Below are positions 46,532 through 56,686 of a stretch of DNA of 64,000 nt, one piece after another. Position 1 is the stretch's first letter; each line of letters begins with the position of its first letter. The DNA is from Acidimicrobiales bacterium (GTDB taxonomy: Bacteria > Actinomycetota > Acidimicrobiia > Acidimicrobiales > Iamiaceae). A program made the translations under genes and the position numbers. The notes beneath the pieces are model-generated. The model was given only the letters and a program-made list of their open reading frames with translations. It did not search any database and had not been told where the DNA came from. The stretch lies in NCBI GenBank assembly GCA_046594195.1, contig JBKJPY010000030.1, positions 5,839 through 69,838 of the forward strand, written 5' to 3'.

Positions 46532-49018
46532 ATGGCTGACACCACCCAACCCTCGACTGAGCTGCTGACGCTGCCCGTCCTCCCCCTGCCCAACGGCGTC
46601 GTGCTGCCCGGGATGGTGCTCACCATCGCCCTCGAGTCCGATGAGGCCAGGGCCGCGGTCGAGGCGACCGGCGACGACAACCGGCTACTGCTGGTGCCCC
46701 GACTCGACGGCCGCCACGCCGTCGTCGGCACCATCGCCACGATCGAATCCACCGGCGCCCTCCCCTCCGGCGTGCCGGCCCTCGTGGTCCGCGCCCACGA
46801 GCGGGCGCTGCTGCGCACCGGCGTCGCCGGCACCGGCACCGTCCTGTGGCTCCAGGCCGAACCCGTGCACCCCGAGACCACCGACGAAGCCAGGGAGCTG
46901 GCGTTGGAGCTGCGTGCCGGCTTCCGTGAGCTGTTCGAGGAGATGGGCGGCCGCCGTCTGGCCGAGGTCCTCCGCGGCCTCGACGAACCCGACGCCCTAG
47001 CCGACGCCGCCGGCTGGTGGCCCGACCTGTCGCTCGAGCGCAAGATCGAGCTGCTGGAGACGGTCGACGTCACCGAGCGGGTCCGCCGCGTCCTCGCCTG
47101 GGTCAAGGAGGCCCTGGCCGAACACGCCATGCAGGAGAAGATCCGCACCGAGGTGAGCGACGGGCTGGAGAAGAACCAGCGCGAGTTCATCCTCCGCCAG
47201 CAGCTGTCCGCCATCCGCAAGGAGCTGGGCGAACTGGACGACGATGGTGGCGAAGCGGCCGACTCCCCCGCCGCCTACCGCGAGAAGCTGGCCGACCGGG
47301 ACCTGCCGGCCGACGTCCGCACCGCAGCCGAGCGCGAAGTCGAGAAGCTCGAGCGCAGCTCGGAGCAGTCGCCCGAGCGCGGCTGGATCGTCACCTGGCT
47401 CGACACCGTCCTCGAACTGCCGTGGGGCGAGCACTCCACCGACAACCTCGAGCTGGCCAACGCCCGCGCCGTCCTCGACGCCGACCACACCGGCCTCGAA
47501 GAGGTCAAGGACCGCATCGTCGAGGAGCTCGCCGTGCGCAAGCTCCGCGCCGAGCGTGCCACGGAGGCCGCAGCCGAAGCCGAGCTGGTCGCCCTGCAGG
47601 ACGCCGCTGCGGCCAAGGTGCTCTCCGGCGAGGACGGCGACTCGGCCGACGGCGAGCCGGACGCCTCCGAACCCGAGCTGCCCAAGCCGGTTCGTCAGGG
47701 CACCATCCTCACCCTCGTCGGGCCTCCCGGCGTCGGCAAGACATCGCTCGGCGAGTCCATCGCCCGGGCCCTCGGCCGGTCCTTCGTGCGGGTCGCTCTC
47801 GGCGGCGTGCGCGATGAAGCCGAGATCCGTGGACACCGCCGCACCTACGTCGGCGCCCGCCCCGGACGCTTGGTCCGGGCCATGACCGAGGCCAAGACCA
47901 TGAACCCCGTGGTCCTGCTCGACGAGATCGACAAGGTCGGCAACGACTGGCGTGGAGACCCATCGGCCGCCTTGCTCGAGGTCCTCGACCCCGCGCAGAA
48001 CCACAGCTTCCGGGACCACTACCTGGAGGTCGACCTCGACCTGTCCGACGTGATCTTCATCGCGACGGCCAACCAGCTCGACACCATCGCGGGCCCGCTG
48101 CTGGACCGCATGGAGATCGTCAGCCTCGACGGCTACACCGAAGACGAGAAGGTCGCCATCGCCCGTGACCACCTGCTGGCCCGCCAGTTGGAGCGCGCCG
48201 GCATCAAGGCCGACGAGGTCACCATCACCGAGCCGGCGCTGCGGCGCATCGTCCGGGCCCACACCCGTGAGGCCGGCGTCCGCTCGCTCGAGCGGGCGCT
48301 CGCCAAGGTCCTGCGCAAGGTGGCCGCGAAGGTCGCCGAGCGCACCGGCGAGCCCGTCGTCGTCGACGAGGCAGAGGTGGCCGAGCTCCTCGGCCGCGAC
48401 CGCTTCCACGACACCGACATCGCCGACCGCACCTCCGTGCCCGGCGTGGTCACCGGCCTGGCCGTCACCGGCGCCGGCGGCGACGTCTTGTTCGTCGAGG
48501 CCACCGCGCTTCCGGCAGACCAGGGCGACGCCGAGAAGTCGGACTTGCTGGTCACCGGCCAGCTCGGCGACGTCATGAAGGAGTCGGCCCGCATCGCCCT
48601 CTCCTACGTCCGGGCCAACAGCGAATCGCTGGGCATCCCGGCCGGCGCCGATCGTCGGGCCGTGCACGTGCACTTCCCTGCTGGCGCCACCCCCAAGGAC
48701 GGGCCGTCGGCCGGCATCGCGATGAGCACCGCGCTGGTCAGCCTGTTCACGGGCCGGCCGGTCAAGAGCACGGTGGCGATGACGGGCGAGGTGACCCTCC
48801 AGGGCCACGTCCTGCCCATCGGCGGGGTCAAGCAGAAGGTGATGGCGGCCCACCGGGTCGGCATCCGGGAGGTCATCCTCCCGCTGCGCAACGAGGCCGA
48901 CATCGATGACGTGCCCGAGGCCATCCGAGACGACCTGACGATCCACTTCGCCAGGACCGTCGACGAGGTCATCGGCTGGGCCCTCGAGCCCGAGACGGCC
49001 AAGGCCGACGCCGCCTGA
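46532..49018 (+). CDS. lon: ATP-dependent protease La
   Basis: GPPGVGKTS, GHRRTYVGA.PG, LLDEIDK, the catalytic Ser in PKDGPSAG, and PIGGVKQK. Confidence 0.97.
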   Translation: MADTTQPSTELLTLPVLPLPNGVVLPGMVLTIALESDEARAAVEATGDDNRLLLVPRLDGRHAVVGTIATIESTGALPSGVPALVVRAHERALLRTGVAGTGTVLWLQAEPVHPETTDEARELALELRAGFRELFEEMGGRRLAEVLRGLDEPDALADAAGWWPDLSLERKIELLETVDVTERVRRVLAWVKEALAEHAMQEKIRTEVSDGLEKNQREFILRQQLSAIRKELGELDDDGGEAADSPAAYREKLADRDLPADVRTAAEREVEKLERSSEQSPERGWIVTWLDTVLELPWGEHSTDNLELANARAVLDADHTGLEEVKDRIVEELAVRKLRAERATEAAAEAELVALQDAAAAKVLSGEDGDSADGEPDASEPELPKPVRQGTILTLVGPPGVGKTSLGESIARALGRSFVRVALGGVRDEAEIRGHRRTYVGARPGRLVRAMTEAKTMNPVVLLDEIDKVGNDWRGDPSAALLEVLDPAQNHSFRDHYLEVDLDLSDVIFIATANQLDTIAGPLLDRMEIVSLDGYTEDEKVAIARDHLLARQLERAGIKADEVTITEPALRRIVRAHTREAGVRSLERALAKVLRKVAAKVAERTGEPVVVDEAEVAELLGRDRFHDTDIADRTSVPGVVTGLAVTGAGGDVLFVEATALPADQGDAEKSDLLVTGQLGDVMKESARIALSYVRANSESLGIPAGADRRAVHVHFPAGATPKDGPSAGIAMSTALVSLFTGRPVKSTVAMTGEVTLQGHVLPIGGVKQKVMAAHRVGIREVILPLRNEADIDDVPEAIRDDLTIHFARTVDEVIGWALEPETAKADAA

Positions 49019-49036
49019 TCGGGCCGATCCACGCGA

Positions 49037-49079
49037 ATCGGGTCACCTGAGCACCGCCACGGTGCCCCGGTGACCCGAT
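49037..49079. terminator. Long hairpin between convergent lon and arsC (bidirectional terminator candidate)
   Basis: ATCGGGTCACC...GGTGACCCGAT with an inner GCACC/GGTGC stem. Confidence 0.65.
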
Positions 49080-49086
49080 GGCGCGT

Positions 49087-49443
49087 TCAGTCCTGGAGGA
49101 AGGCGGCGACGCGGTCCTTGGGGCGGCCGATGATGGCGGCGTCGCCCTTCACGAGCACGGGGCGCTGCATGAGGCGCGGGTACTGGTCGAGCAGTTCGGC
49201 GACGGCCTTCGGATCGGTGTAGTCGCCCTCGATCAACCCCTGATCCTTGAAGAAGGAGTCCTTGCGGACGAGGTCCGCCGGCGGATCCTCGAGCTTGTCG
49301 ATGAGGTCCAGCAGCTCTTCGGCCGACAGCGGCGTCTTGATGTACTGGACGACATCGGCATCGATACCGGCGGCGTTCACCTCGTCGAGCGCATGCCGAG
49401 ACGTCGAGCAGTTCGGGTTGTGGAACAGGGTCACATCAGCCAT
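49087..49443 (-). CDS. ArsC-family (glutaredoxin-type) arsenate reductase-like protein
   Basis: FHNPNCSTSR, Y...P.S.EEL, LVRK, and P.LMQRPV..G..A.IGRP. Confidence 0.88.
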   Translation of the reverse strand: MADVTLFHNPNCSTSRHALDEVNAAGIDADVVQYIKTPLSAEELLDLIDKLEDPPADLVRKDSFFKDQGLIEGDYTDPKAVAELLDQYPRLMQRPVLVKGDAAIIGRPKDRVAAFLQD

Positions 49444-49473
49444 GGCCCGACCCTACCGACCGGTCGCCGACCG

Positions 49474-51165
49474 TCAGCCGCCGGGGCTGGGGTAGCTGGG
49501 TGGGACGGCATCGGCGGGGAGCTCGTCGTACATGGCGACGGCGCCCTTCTCGTCGAACACGTTGGCCGGGGTCTTGGGCATCTCGCCGGGCAGGTACCGC
49601 TTGCCGCCGTCGGCGGACATCATCATCCCCGTGCCCTGCTTCCCCTGCTCGTCGGGTCCCTCGAGGTCCGCGTTCCACCAGATGACCTGCATGTCGTCGA
49701 CGGCGTTGTAGTCGGTCGCACGAAACAGGCCGTGATCGCCCCACGACAGGCGCGGGTTGGTGGGCTTGCCGCCGCTCGGTGGGTAGGCGAAGAGTCCGTC
49801 GCGGAACGTCTCCGGCGTGAGCTTCGGCCCGGCCTGGTGGATGCCGGCCATCAGGATGCGGATCGGCTCGTTAATGACCCCCACCGTCTTCTTGGCGGCA
49901 GGCGCCCCGCCGTAGAACCACTGGTAGATCCGCCACGCCTCGCTCTGGTCTTGGGGCAACCGGGCCCCCAGGCTCGACACCCCGAACGCATGGGCCCACT
50001 GCCGCTGGTCGTAGAGGCGACCGAAGACCGTGGTGTCGGTGAGGACCGTCCCGGTGATGATCCACTCGGGGAAGTAGTTCTGGTCGGTCGCCGCCTTCGT
50101 CAGGTAGATCGGCATGATCGGGTCCCCGAGGAACACGACCGAGGTGACCTTGGCCTTCTTGAGCTGGTCGACCAGCACCCGCGCCTTCTCCGGCAGATCC
50201 GCGATGACCAGCTGGTACGTCAGGTTCACCGCCTGCTTGTAGCCGCGGCTGGCACCCTCCTGCGCGACCATGTCCTCGACCGCACCGAACACGGGTGGGT
50301 CCTGCTCGAAGTGCACGACGCCGAAGTTCCGCTTCTTGGACCGGATCTGCGGGCTGCCCGCGAACTCGGCCTTCTTGCCGAGCAGCCGCTCGATGATGAA
50401 GTCACCCACGTTCAACAAGAACTGCTCCGGGGTCTGCGCGTTGCCCCACAGGTACGGCGCATTCTTCTGGAGCGCCGAGTCCGGAAGCGCCAGGCCGCAC
50501 CCGACGCAGATCACCCCGCGCCGCGCCAGTTCCTCGGCGTACGCGCCCTCCTGAGCCGGGCCCCCGATCGAGGCGAACGCCTTGATCTCCTCGGCCACCT
50601 TCACCGCGTCGGCGCGGGCCGACGTCTCATCGGAGCCGGTGCCCTTCATCCGCACGACCTTGATCGTGCGGCCCCAGGTCTCATAGGTCTTGGCGAACAT
50701 CTCGAGGATCTTGTTGCTGGTGTCGGCGGAGTCCTCGGGAGAGTCGAGCTGGGCATTGAGGCTGGCCGCCAGATCATCGGCGGCGGCCACGTACGCCACG
50801 ACCGTGATCTCGGTGTCGGTCACGCCCTGGCCGCTGGCGGTGCGCTTCACGTCGGGGCGAGCGGCGACGCACGGCGGCGCGTACAGCGAGGGCACCTTGA
50901 TTCGTCCGGTGACCGGGTCGCAGGCGTCGCCGAAGTCGTACTGCTCGAGGTCCCCATTCTTCTTCGCGTCCTGGTAGTAGACGGGTAGCTGGGAGTTGGC
51001 CGACCCCGTCGTGCTCGGGGTGCCGGCCCCGCCGGACGTCACCTCCTCGGTGCCGGTGGACGAGATCCACGCCACCGCGCCGAGGGCGATCAGGATCACG
51101 GCGAGCGGCCCGAACCGGGCCACGATCGACGAACGAGGTGGTGGCGTGGCGGTGCGTGGGGTCAT
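49474..51165 (-). CDS. ABC-type substrate-binding protein (type 1 PBP) with N-terminal membrane anchor
   Basis: TM anchor, 'CDP...PPC', 'GVTDTEITV', and ETWGR.IK. ATGA overlap with the MFS-ABC fusion. Confidence 0.8.
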   Translation of the reverse strand: MTPRTATPPPRSSIVARFGPLAVILIALGAVAWISSTGTEEVTSGGAGTPSTTGSANSQLPVYYQDAKKNGDLEQYDFGDACDPVTGRIKVPSLYAPPCVAARPDVKRTASGQGVTDTEITVVAYVAAADDLAASLNAQLDSPEDSADTSNKILEMFAKTYETWGRTIKVVRMKGTGSDETSARADAVKVAEEIKAFASIGGPAQEGAYAEELARRGVICVGCGLALPDSALQKNAPYLWGNAQTPEQFLLNVGDFIIERLLGKKAEFAGSPQIRSKKRNFGVVHFEQDPPVFGAVEDMVAQEGASRGYKQAVNLTYQLVIADLPEKARVLVDQLKKAKVTSVVFLGDPIMPIYLTKAATDQNYFPEWIITGTVLTDTTVFGRLYDQRQWAHAFGVSSLGARLPQDQSEAWRIYQWFYGGAPAAKKTVGVINEPIRILMAGIHQAGPKLTPETFRDGLFAYPPSGGKPTNPRLSWGDHGLFRATDYNAVDDMQVIWWNADLEGPDEQGKQGTGMMMSADGGKRYLPGEMPKTPANVFDEKGAVAMYDELPADAVPPSYPSPGG

Positions 51166-54152
51166 GGGACCTCCGTGGGAGCAGCGGGTCCCTCATCGGG
51201 CCCCGAGCGGGTGAGAACGGCGCGATCGCCGCCCAGGTAGGACGCGACGACCTCGGGATGAGCGAGCACCGCGCCGGGCTCGCCGACGATCACCACCCGC
51301 CCTTGGTCGAGGGCGACGAGGCGATCGGAGATGCCGGCGATGAGGCTCATGTCGTGCTCGATGACGATCAGGCTGGCATCGAGCGCATCGCGGATCCGCA
51401 GCAAGAGCGGCGCCAGCGCCTCCGCCTCGCGCTGGGCGATGCCGGACGACGGCTCGTCGAGGAGCACCACCGACGGCTCGTGCGCCAGGACGCAGCCGAT
51501 GTCGACCACCCGGCGCGACCCGGTGGACAGCTCGCCGATGAACTTGGAGCGGAACGCCCCGAGGCCGAGCAGGTCGATGAGCTCGTCCACTCGATGGCGG
51601 GCAGCCGCCTCGCTCTCGACGAACGGGGGCAGACGCAGTGCGGCGTTGAACGGGTCGCGGACGTCGAGCCATCGCTCGAGGGCGACGAGCAGCGTCTCCT
51701 CCACGGTTAACGACGGGAAGAGCCGGGAATCCTGGAAGCTGCGCCCCAGGCCGAGCGCTGCTCGGCGGCTGGGGCGGGCATCGGTGAGATCGACGTCTCC
51801 GAGGCGGATGCGGCCGGCATCGGGCCGGGTGAACCCCGAAATCAGGTCGAGCAGCGTCGTCTTGCCGGCGCCGTTGGGTCCGATGAGGCCGACGACCTCA
51901 CGCGGGGCAACGGTGAACGAAACCTCGTCGACGGCGCGGATGCCACCGAAGGCCACGGACAGCTCCTCGAGGGCGAGGCCCGGACCGGCGGCCCCGTCAG
52001 CCGAAGCCGGCACCGGTTCCGACCGCACCGACACCGTCGGCGCGTCGCCGGCCAGCCCCGACGCGGCGCCCTGGAAGAACACCGAGCGGAGGACGTCGGG
52101 CCGGTCCAGCAGGTCCGCAGTGGGGCCGTGAAAGCGGATCTCACCCTTCTCCATGAAGTACGCGGTGTCGGCCACGGTCAGGGCCACGTTCACCGACTGC
52201 TCGACCAGGATGATCGTGGTCCCCCGGTCCCGCAGGTCCCGCACCACACCGAGCAGTTGCTCCACCACCACCGGAGCCAGCCCCAGCGACAGCTCGTCGA
52301 TCATCAGCAGCTTCGGCCGGTTCAGGAACGCCATGGCCAGCGCCAGCATCTGCTGCTGGCCGCCGGACAGGTCGGCGGCGGCATCGTCGGCCCGGCTCAC
52401 CAGCACCGGAAACAGGGCCAGCGCCTCGTCGACGCGCGAGGCGCGCAGGGCGGGGTCGTGGCGCAGCATCCAGCCGGCCGCACGGAGGTTCTCCGCCACG
52501 GTGAGCGACGGGAAGACGCCCTGCCCGCCCGGGACCTGGGCGATGCCGAGCGGAGCGATCTCCTCGGGCGGGGCATGGGTGATGTCGCGCCCGTCGAAGA
52601 CGATGGCACCGCGGTCGGCGGGCGCCACGCCGGAGATGGCCTTGAGCAACGTCGACTTGCCGGCACCGTTGGTGCCGAGCAGGGCGATGATCTCGCCCTC
52701 GGACACATCGATGTCGATCCCGAAGAGCACCCGCACGTCGCCGTAGGCCACCTGCACGTTGCGGACGCTGAGCAGCGGCAGCTTGCCGGCGGCGCGGTCC
52801 TGGAGCATCTGCGCCCGGGTGGCGGCGCCGGTCCAGACCTGGGCGATGTCGTCGTCGATCACCTTGCCGACCGAGGCGATGACGAGGCCGCCGATGAAGA
52901 ACACCGGGACCATGACCACCATCCCCCAGCGGAACCCGTGGTGGTCGCCGATCCAGCCGATGAGCGGGAGGACCAGGAGCCCAGGCAGCACCCACAGGGC
53001 GCCGATGGAAAAGCCCATCGACCGCGCCCTCGGCGGGATGGCCAGCGAGAGCGACGACAGCACGCCGGGGCCGACCACCACGAGCGCGGCCGAGATGATG
53101 CAGTTGGCGACCACCGCGACCAGCACGTTCGGGGCGGCGGCGAACACGAGCGCCATCACGCAGGCAACGCCGGCGGCCGCGCCCAGCACGCCGAAGATCT
53201 TCGACGCTCCGTTGGTCAGCGCTCGGCTGGTGAGCCGAGCACCGATGACGACGCCGCCCAGCTCGACGATCTGCACCGGGATCAGCGCCCACGCCCGTTC
53301 CCACGCATCGAGGCCGAACACCTCTTCGTACATGAGCGACGCAAGCGAGATGAACCCGATGATCGACGCAGCGAGGAACGGCAGCGCGATGAAGATGCGC
53401 CGGAGGCTGCGGATGGTCCACACCATGCGGAGCGACTCGGCGAAAGAGGGCGGCAGCTCGTCGGTCTCCGTGTCGATGCCGAGATCGGCGGCCTCCCGCT
53501 CGAAGTGGCCGCGGCCCGGATCGCGCAGCCGCAGTGCGAGCACCACGAGGATGATCGTGGGGAAGGCGAAGACGATGAACGGCGCCCGCCAGGTGAACAG
53601 GGCGGCCAGCCCGGCGCCGATGAGGAACCCGAAGATCTGACCGACGCTGTTCGCCGCCCGGTGGATCGAGTACACCCGGGGGCGCGAACGAATCGGGTAG
53701 TAGTCGGCCAGGAGGCTGTTGTGGGTGGGAAACACCACGCCCTGGCCGACGGCCGCGCCCGAACGGGCGAGCACCAGCATCCACACGGTGAATGCCAGGC
53801 CGGTGGTCAAGGAGAAGAACGCCCAGACGACCGCCCCGATGAGGGCGATGGCGACGCGGTTGCGGCGATCGGCGAAGTGGGCGATCGGCACGGTCAGCAG
53901 CAGGGCCGCCGCACCCGCGAGGGTGACCACCGCGAGGATGCCGGTGTTGGTGAGCCCGAGGGAATCCCGGATGTCGGGTAGCAGCACCAGGTAGGCCGCC
54001 CGGTCGAGCTCGTCGGTCATGTTGAGCCCGAACAGGATGAGCAGCGGGTACCACCCCGCCTTGCCGAGCCACTCGGGGCGCCACCGCGACGCAGCCGGCG
54101 CCGGCTCGGACGCCCCTGGCGGCGTGGCCTCGGGAACCGCGGTGGTCGTCAT
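51162..54152 (-). CDS. Fusion: spinster-like MFS transporter + LivF-type ATPase + LivG-type ATPase (996 aa)
   Basis: MFS motifs ELDR..LPDI, FADRRNR, LLADYYP..SR.R. NBD1: GTNGAGKST, LSGGQQQM, MIDE. NBD2: GPNGAGKTT, LSTGSRR, LLDE. One uninterrupted frame. Confidence 0.9.
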   Translation of the reverse strand: MTTTAVPEATPPGASEPAPAASRWRPEWLGKAGWYPLLILFGLNMTDELDRAAYLVLLPDIRDSLGLTNTGILAVVTLAGAAALLLTVPIAHFADRRNRVAIALIGAVVWAFFSLTTGLAFTVWMLVLARSGAAVGQGVVFPTHNSLLADYYPIRSRPRVYSIHRAANSVGQIFGFLIGAGLAALFTWRAPFIVFAFPTIILVVLALRLRDPGRGHFEREAADLGIDTETDELPPSFAESLRMVWTIRSLRRIFIALPFLAASIIGFISLASLMYEEVFGLDAWERAWALIPVQIVELGGVVIGARLTSRALTNGASKIFGVLGAAAGVACVMALVFAAAPNVLVAVVANCIISAALVVVGPGVLSSLSLAIPPRARSMGFSIGALWVLPGLLVLPLIGWIGDHHGFRWGMVVMVPVFFIGGLVIASVGKVIDDDIAQVWTGAATRAQMLQDRAAGKLPLLSVRNVQVAYGDVRVLFGIDIDVSEGEIIALLGTNGAGKSTLLKAISGVAPADRGAIVFDGRDITHAPPEEIAPLGIAQVPGGQGVFPSLTVAENLRAAGWMLRHDPALRASRVDEALALFPVLVSRADDAAADLSGGQQQMLALAMAFLNRPKLLMIDELSLGLAPVVVEQLLGVVRDLRDRGTTIILVEQSVNVALTVADTAYFMEKGEIRFHGPTADLLDRPDVLRSVFFQGAASGLAGDAPTVSVRSEPVPASADGAAGPGLALEELSVAFGGIRAVDEVSFTVAPREVVGLIGPNGAGKTTLLDLISGFTRPDAGRIRLGDVDLTDARPSRRAALGLGRSFQDSRLFPSLTVEETLLVALERWLDVRDPFNAALRLPPFVESEAAARHRVDELIDLLGLGAFRSKFIGELSTGSRRVVDIGCVLAHEPSVVLLDEPSSGIAQREAEALAPLLLRIRDALDASLIVIEHDMSLIAGISDRLVALDQGRVVIVGEPGAVLAHPEVVASYLGGDRAVLTRSGPDEGPAAPTEVP

Positions 54153-56293
54153 CGTGGCGACCCCACCGGCTCATCGGCTGCGGCGCCGTCAAGGCCCTGC
54201 GGCCGGTCCGGCAGTGCCACCTTGATGGCCTCCGGCGCTTCGTCGCCCGCAGTGTCGGCAAGGAGGCTGGCGACCACGATCCCCCTGCGGGCGGCAAGGC
54301 GGCGCAGCAGCGCGTCGCGACCCCGGTACACGAGGTTGCCGAGGCCGCCAGGGAGGATCATCAAGACGAGCAGCACCCCGACCGCAGACGGCAGCAAGTT
54401 CCACGGCGCCGGCAGGAACCACTTGCCGCCGTTGAGGTAGAGCGCTCCGAAGACGGCGCCGGCCAGCGAGCCCAGACCGCCCACCACAGCTGCGGTGAAG
54501 ATCCCGAGGCTCTCCGACGCAACGAACGGGCCCTCGTCGTAGCCCCGGTTCACGTGGACCAGCAAGCACCCGGCCACCGCCGCCAAGAAGCCAGACAGCG
54601 CGAACGCGGTGAGCTTCGCCCGCACCACGGGGATGGAGTACGCCGCTGCGCCCCGCTCGTTGTCGCGCACGGCGATGAGCGCCCGTCCGGTGCGACTGCG
54701 CCGGATGCCGGCCACCGCGAGGAAGGCCAGGACGACCACGCCCAGGACCAGCTCGTACATGGCCGCCTCGCTGGACAGGTCCACGTGGCGGAACAGCGGC
54801 CGTGCCCCCACCGCCTCCTTCGGGATCCAGTCCTGCTCCTTGCGGTTCAGTAGGAAGTTGCTGCACGCGAGCGAGAACGTGAGCGTGGTGACCGCGAGGT
54901 ACAAGCCGGGTTGTCGCAGCGCTGGCAGCCCGACGATCACCGCGACCACCGCACCCGCGGCGCCGGCCGCGAGCAGGGCCACGACGATGTCGACCTTCCA
55001 CGTCACCGTGGCCACTGCACCCACCGCCGCACCCACGGCCACGAACGCCATCTGGCCGAGCGACACCTGACCCGCCCACCCTGTCAGGACCACGATCGAC
55101 AGGGCGATCAGGGCGTAGACGGCGACGGTCGAGGCCTTGAGCTCCTGGCTGGGCTGCAGCACGAGCGGCAGCGCCGCCGCGACGGCGACCAGCACGATCG
55201 GGATCAGCACCCGCAACCACCGCACGAGGGGCAGGCGACGGAGCTCGGCCGGGACGGGGCGGACCTCGTCGGCGGCGTGAAGGGTGACCCCGTCGACATC
55301 CTGACGGCGAGTTGACACCCGACGAAGGGCCAGCACGACGAGGAGCACGACGGCGAGCACGAGGTAGATCCGGGCCACGTCGCTCGGGTACTTGGCCGAG
55401 ACGCCCTGGTCGAGGATCCGCAGCGCGATCGCCGATGCCGCGACCGCAGCCAGGTTGTCCAGCCGACCGATGAGCAGCGCCGAGAGGGCGAAGACCAGGG
55501 CGCCGGCACTCAGCGCGCCCGCACCGCTGTAGCCGAACATCGACACCTGGAGGAACAGACCGGCGAACGACAGCGCCGCCGCCAGGCCCCACACGAGGGT
55601 CTGCAGCCTGCGGACCGGAATGCCGAGCAGCGCCGCCCGGTCGGTGCGGTCTGCGCTTGCCCGCAGCGCGACGCCCACGTCGGTGCCACGCAGGAACAGG
55701 ACCAGGCCGAGCAGGACCAGCGGCGCCACGATCATGGCGAGGATCTCGCTCCCCCGGAAGATCTGGGTCCCGATCTCGAGCTGGGCATGGAACGGCTGCG
55801 GGAGCCGACCCCGCAGGAAGACCTCCCGCTTGTCCTCGGGCCACATCCGAGGGATGAGGAGGCTGCACACGATGAGGAGCTGGGACAGGCCGATGGTGGC
55901 GACCGTCAACAGGAGCCGCGGCGAGCGGAAGAAGCGCCGGACGATCGCCAGTTCGACCACGACGCCGAGCAGGATCGATGCCGCCAGACCGAGGACCAGG
56001 CCGAGCAGGTACGGCAGGCCCGAGGCCAAGATGAGCCCGGCCGCCAGGGTGACCGGCACCGTCCCGAGGTCCGCCTGGGCGAAGTTCAAGATGCGGTTCG
56101 ACCGGTAGATCAGCGCCAGGCCGAGGGCCACGAGCGCCGTGAGCATGCCGACGACGACGCCGAGCACCCACGTTCCCCGTCCGATCGGGAACACGAGGAG
56201 CTGGAGGGCGATGATGCCGATGGCGGGGATGAAGGGCCCAAGCGGGCGCAGCACGTCCGGCAGCTGGAGATCAAGGTCGCGGCGACGACTCAT
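54149..56293 (-). CDS. Fused LivH-LivM type ABC permease
   Basis: SNRILNFAQA, 'GVALRASA....AALLGIP', GWAGQVSLGQ, and 'GRALIAVRDNE..A'. Confidence 0.88.
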   Translation of the reverse strand: MSRRRDLDLQLPDVLRPLGPFIPAIGIIALQLLVFPIGRGTWVLGVVVGMLTALVALGLALIYRSNRILNFAQADLGTVPVTLAAGLILASGLPYLLGLVLGLAASILLGVVVELAIVRRFFRSPRLLLTVATIGLSQLLIVCSLLIPRMWPEDKREVFLRGRLPQPFHAQLEIGTQIFRGSEILAMIVAPLVLLGLVLFLRGTDVGVALRASADRTDRAALLGIPVRRLQTLVWGLAAALSFAGLFLQVSMFGYSGAGALSAGALVFALSALLIGRLDNLAAVAASAIALRILDQGVSAKYPSDVARIYLVLAVVLLVVLALRRVSTRRQDVDGVTLHAADEVRPVPAELRRLPLVRWLRVLIPIVLVAVAAALPLVLQPSQELKASTVAVYALIALSIVVLTGWAGQVSLGQMAFVAVGAAVGAVATVTWKVDIVVALLAAGAAGAVVAVIVGLPALRQPGLYLAVTTLTFSLACSNFLLNRKEQDWIPKEAVGARPLFRHVDLSSEAAMYELVLGVVVLAFLAVAGIRRSRTGRALIAVRDNERGAAAYSIPVVRAKLTAFALSGFLAAVAGCLLVHVNRGYDEGPFVASESLGIFTAAVVGGLGSLAGAVFGALYLNGGKWFLPAPWNLLPSAVGVLLVLMILPGGLGNLVYRGRDALLRRLAARRGIVVASLLADTAGDEAPEAIKVALPDRPQGLDGAAADEPVGSPR

Positions 56294-56399
56294 GAGCAGC
56301 AGACGACTCCCCTGTACAGACGTTCTGATGGTGCTGACACCGAGCGACCCCTGCCCGGAAACTTCGTGCACCCTAGCTGCAAGTTGTTGGGCGCGTTCG

Positions 56400-56684
56400 T
56401 CAAACCCCGGTCGCCGCAGCGCAGGCATCGATGGCCGCTGCGAGGCGCGTGTCGCGGGTTGTGAGCCGATCCACGTCGTGGCTGGTCAGCTCGATCACCA
56501 CGCGGTTCCAGGAGTTCGACCAGTCCGGGTGGTGGTTCATCCGCTCGGCTTCCACGGCGACGCTAGTCATGAACGCCCACGCCCCGGCGAAGTCGCGGAA
56601 GACGAACTCCTTTCGCAGGACGTGACCGACGACGGCCCATCCCTCCGGCACGTCGAAGCTGGGATCCGGTTCCCGATCGCTCAT
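56400..56684 (-). CDS. phhB: Pterin-4-alpha-carbinolamine dehydratase
   Basis: LRKEF.F.DF..A..FM..VA..AE..NHHPDW.N.WN.V...LTSHD. Confidence 0.9.
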   Translation of the reverse strand: MSDREPDPSFDVPEGWAVVGHVLRKEFVFRDFAGAWAFMTSVAVEAERMNHHPDWSNSWNRVVIELTSHDVDRLTTRDTRLAAAIDACAAATGV

Positions 56685-56686
56685 CG

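Noticed and set aside
56314-56327. KstR-like site upstream of the second ABC permease
   Set aside because: Only one half-site (AGAACGT) is present, with no palindrome. KstR control of the MFS-ABC system is unsupported.
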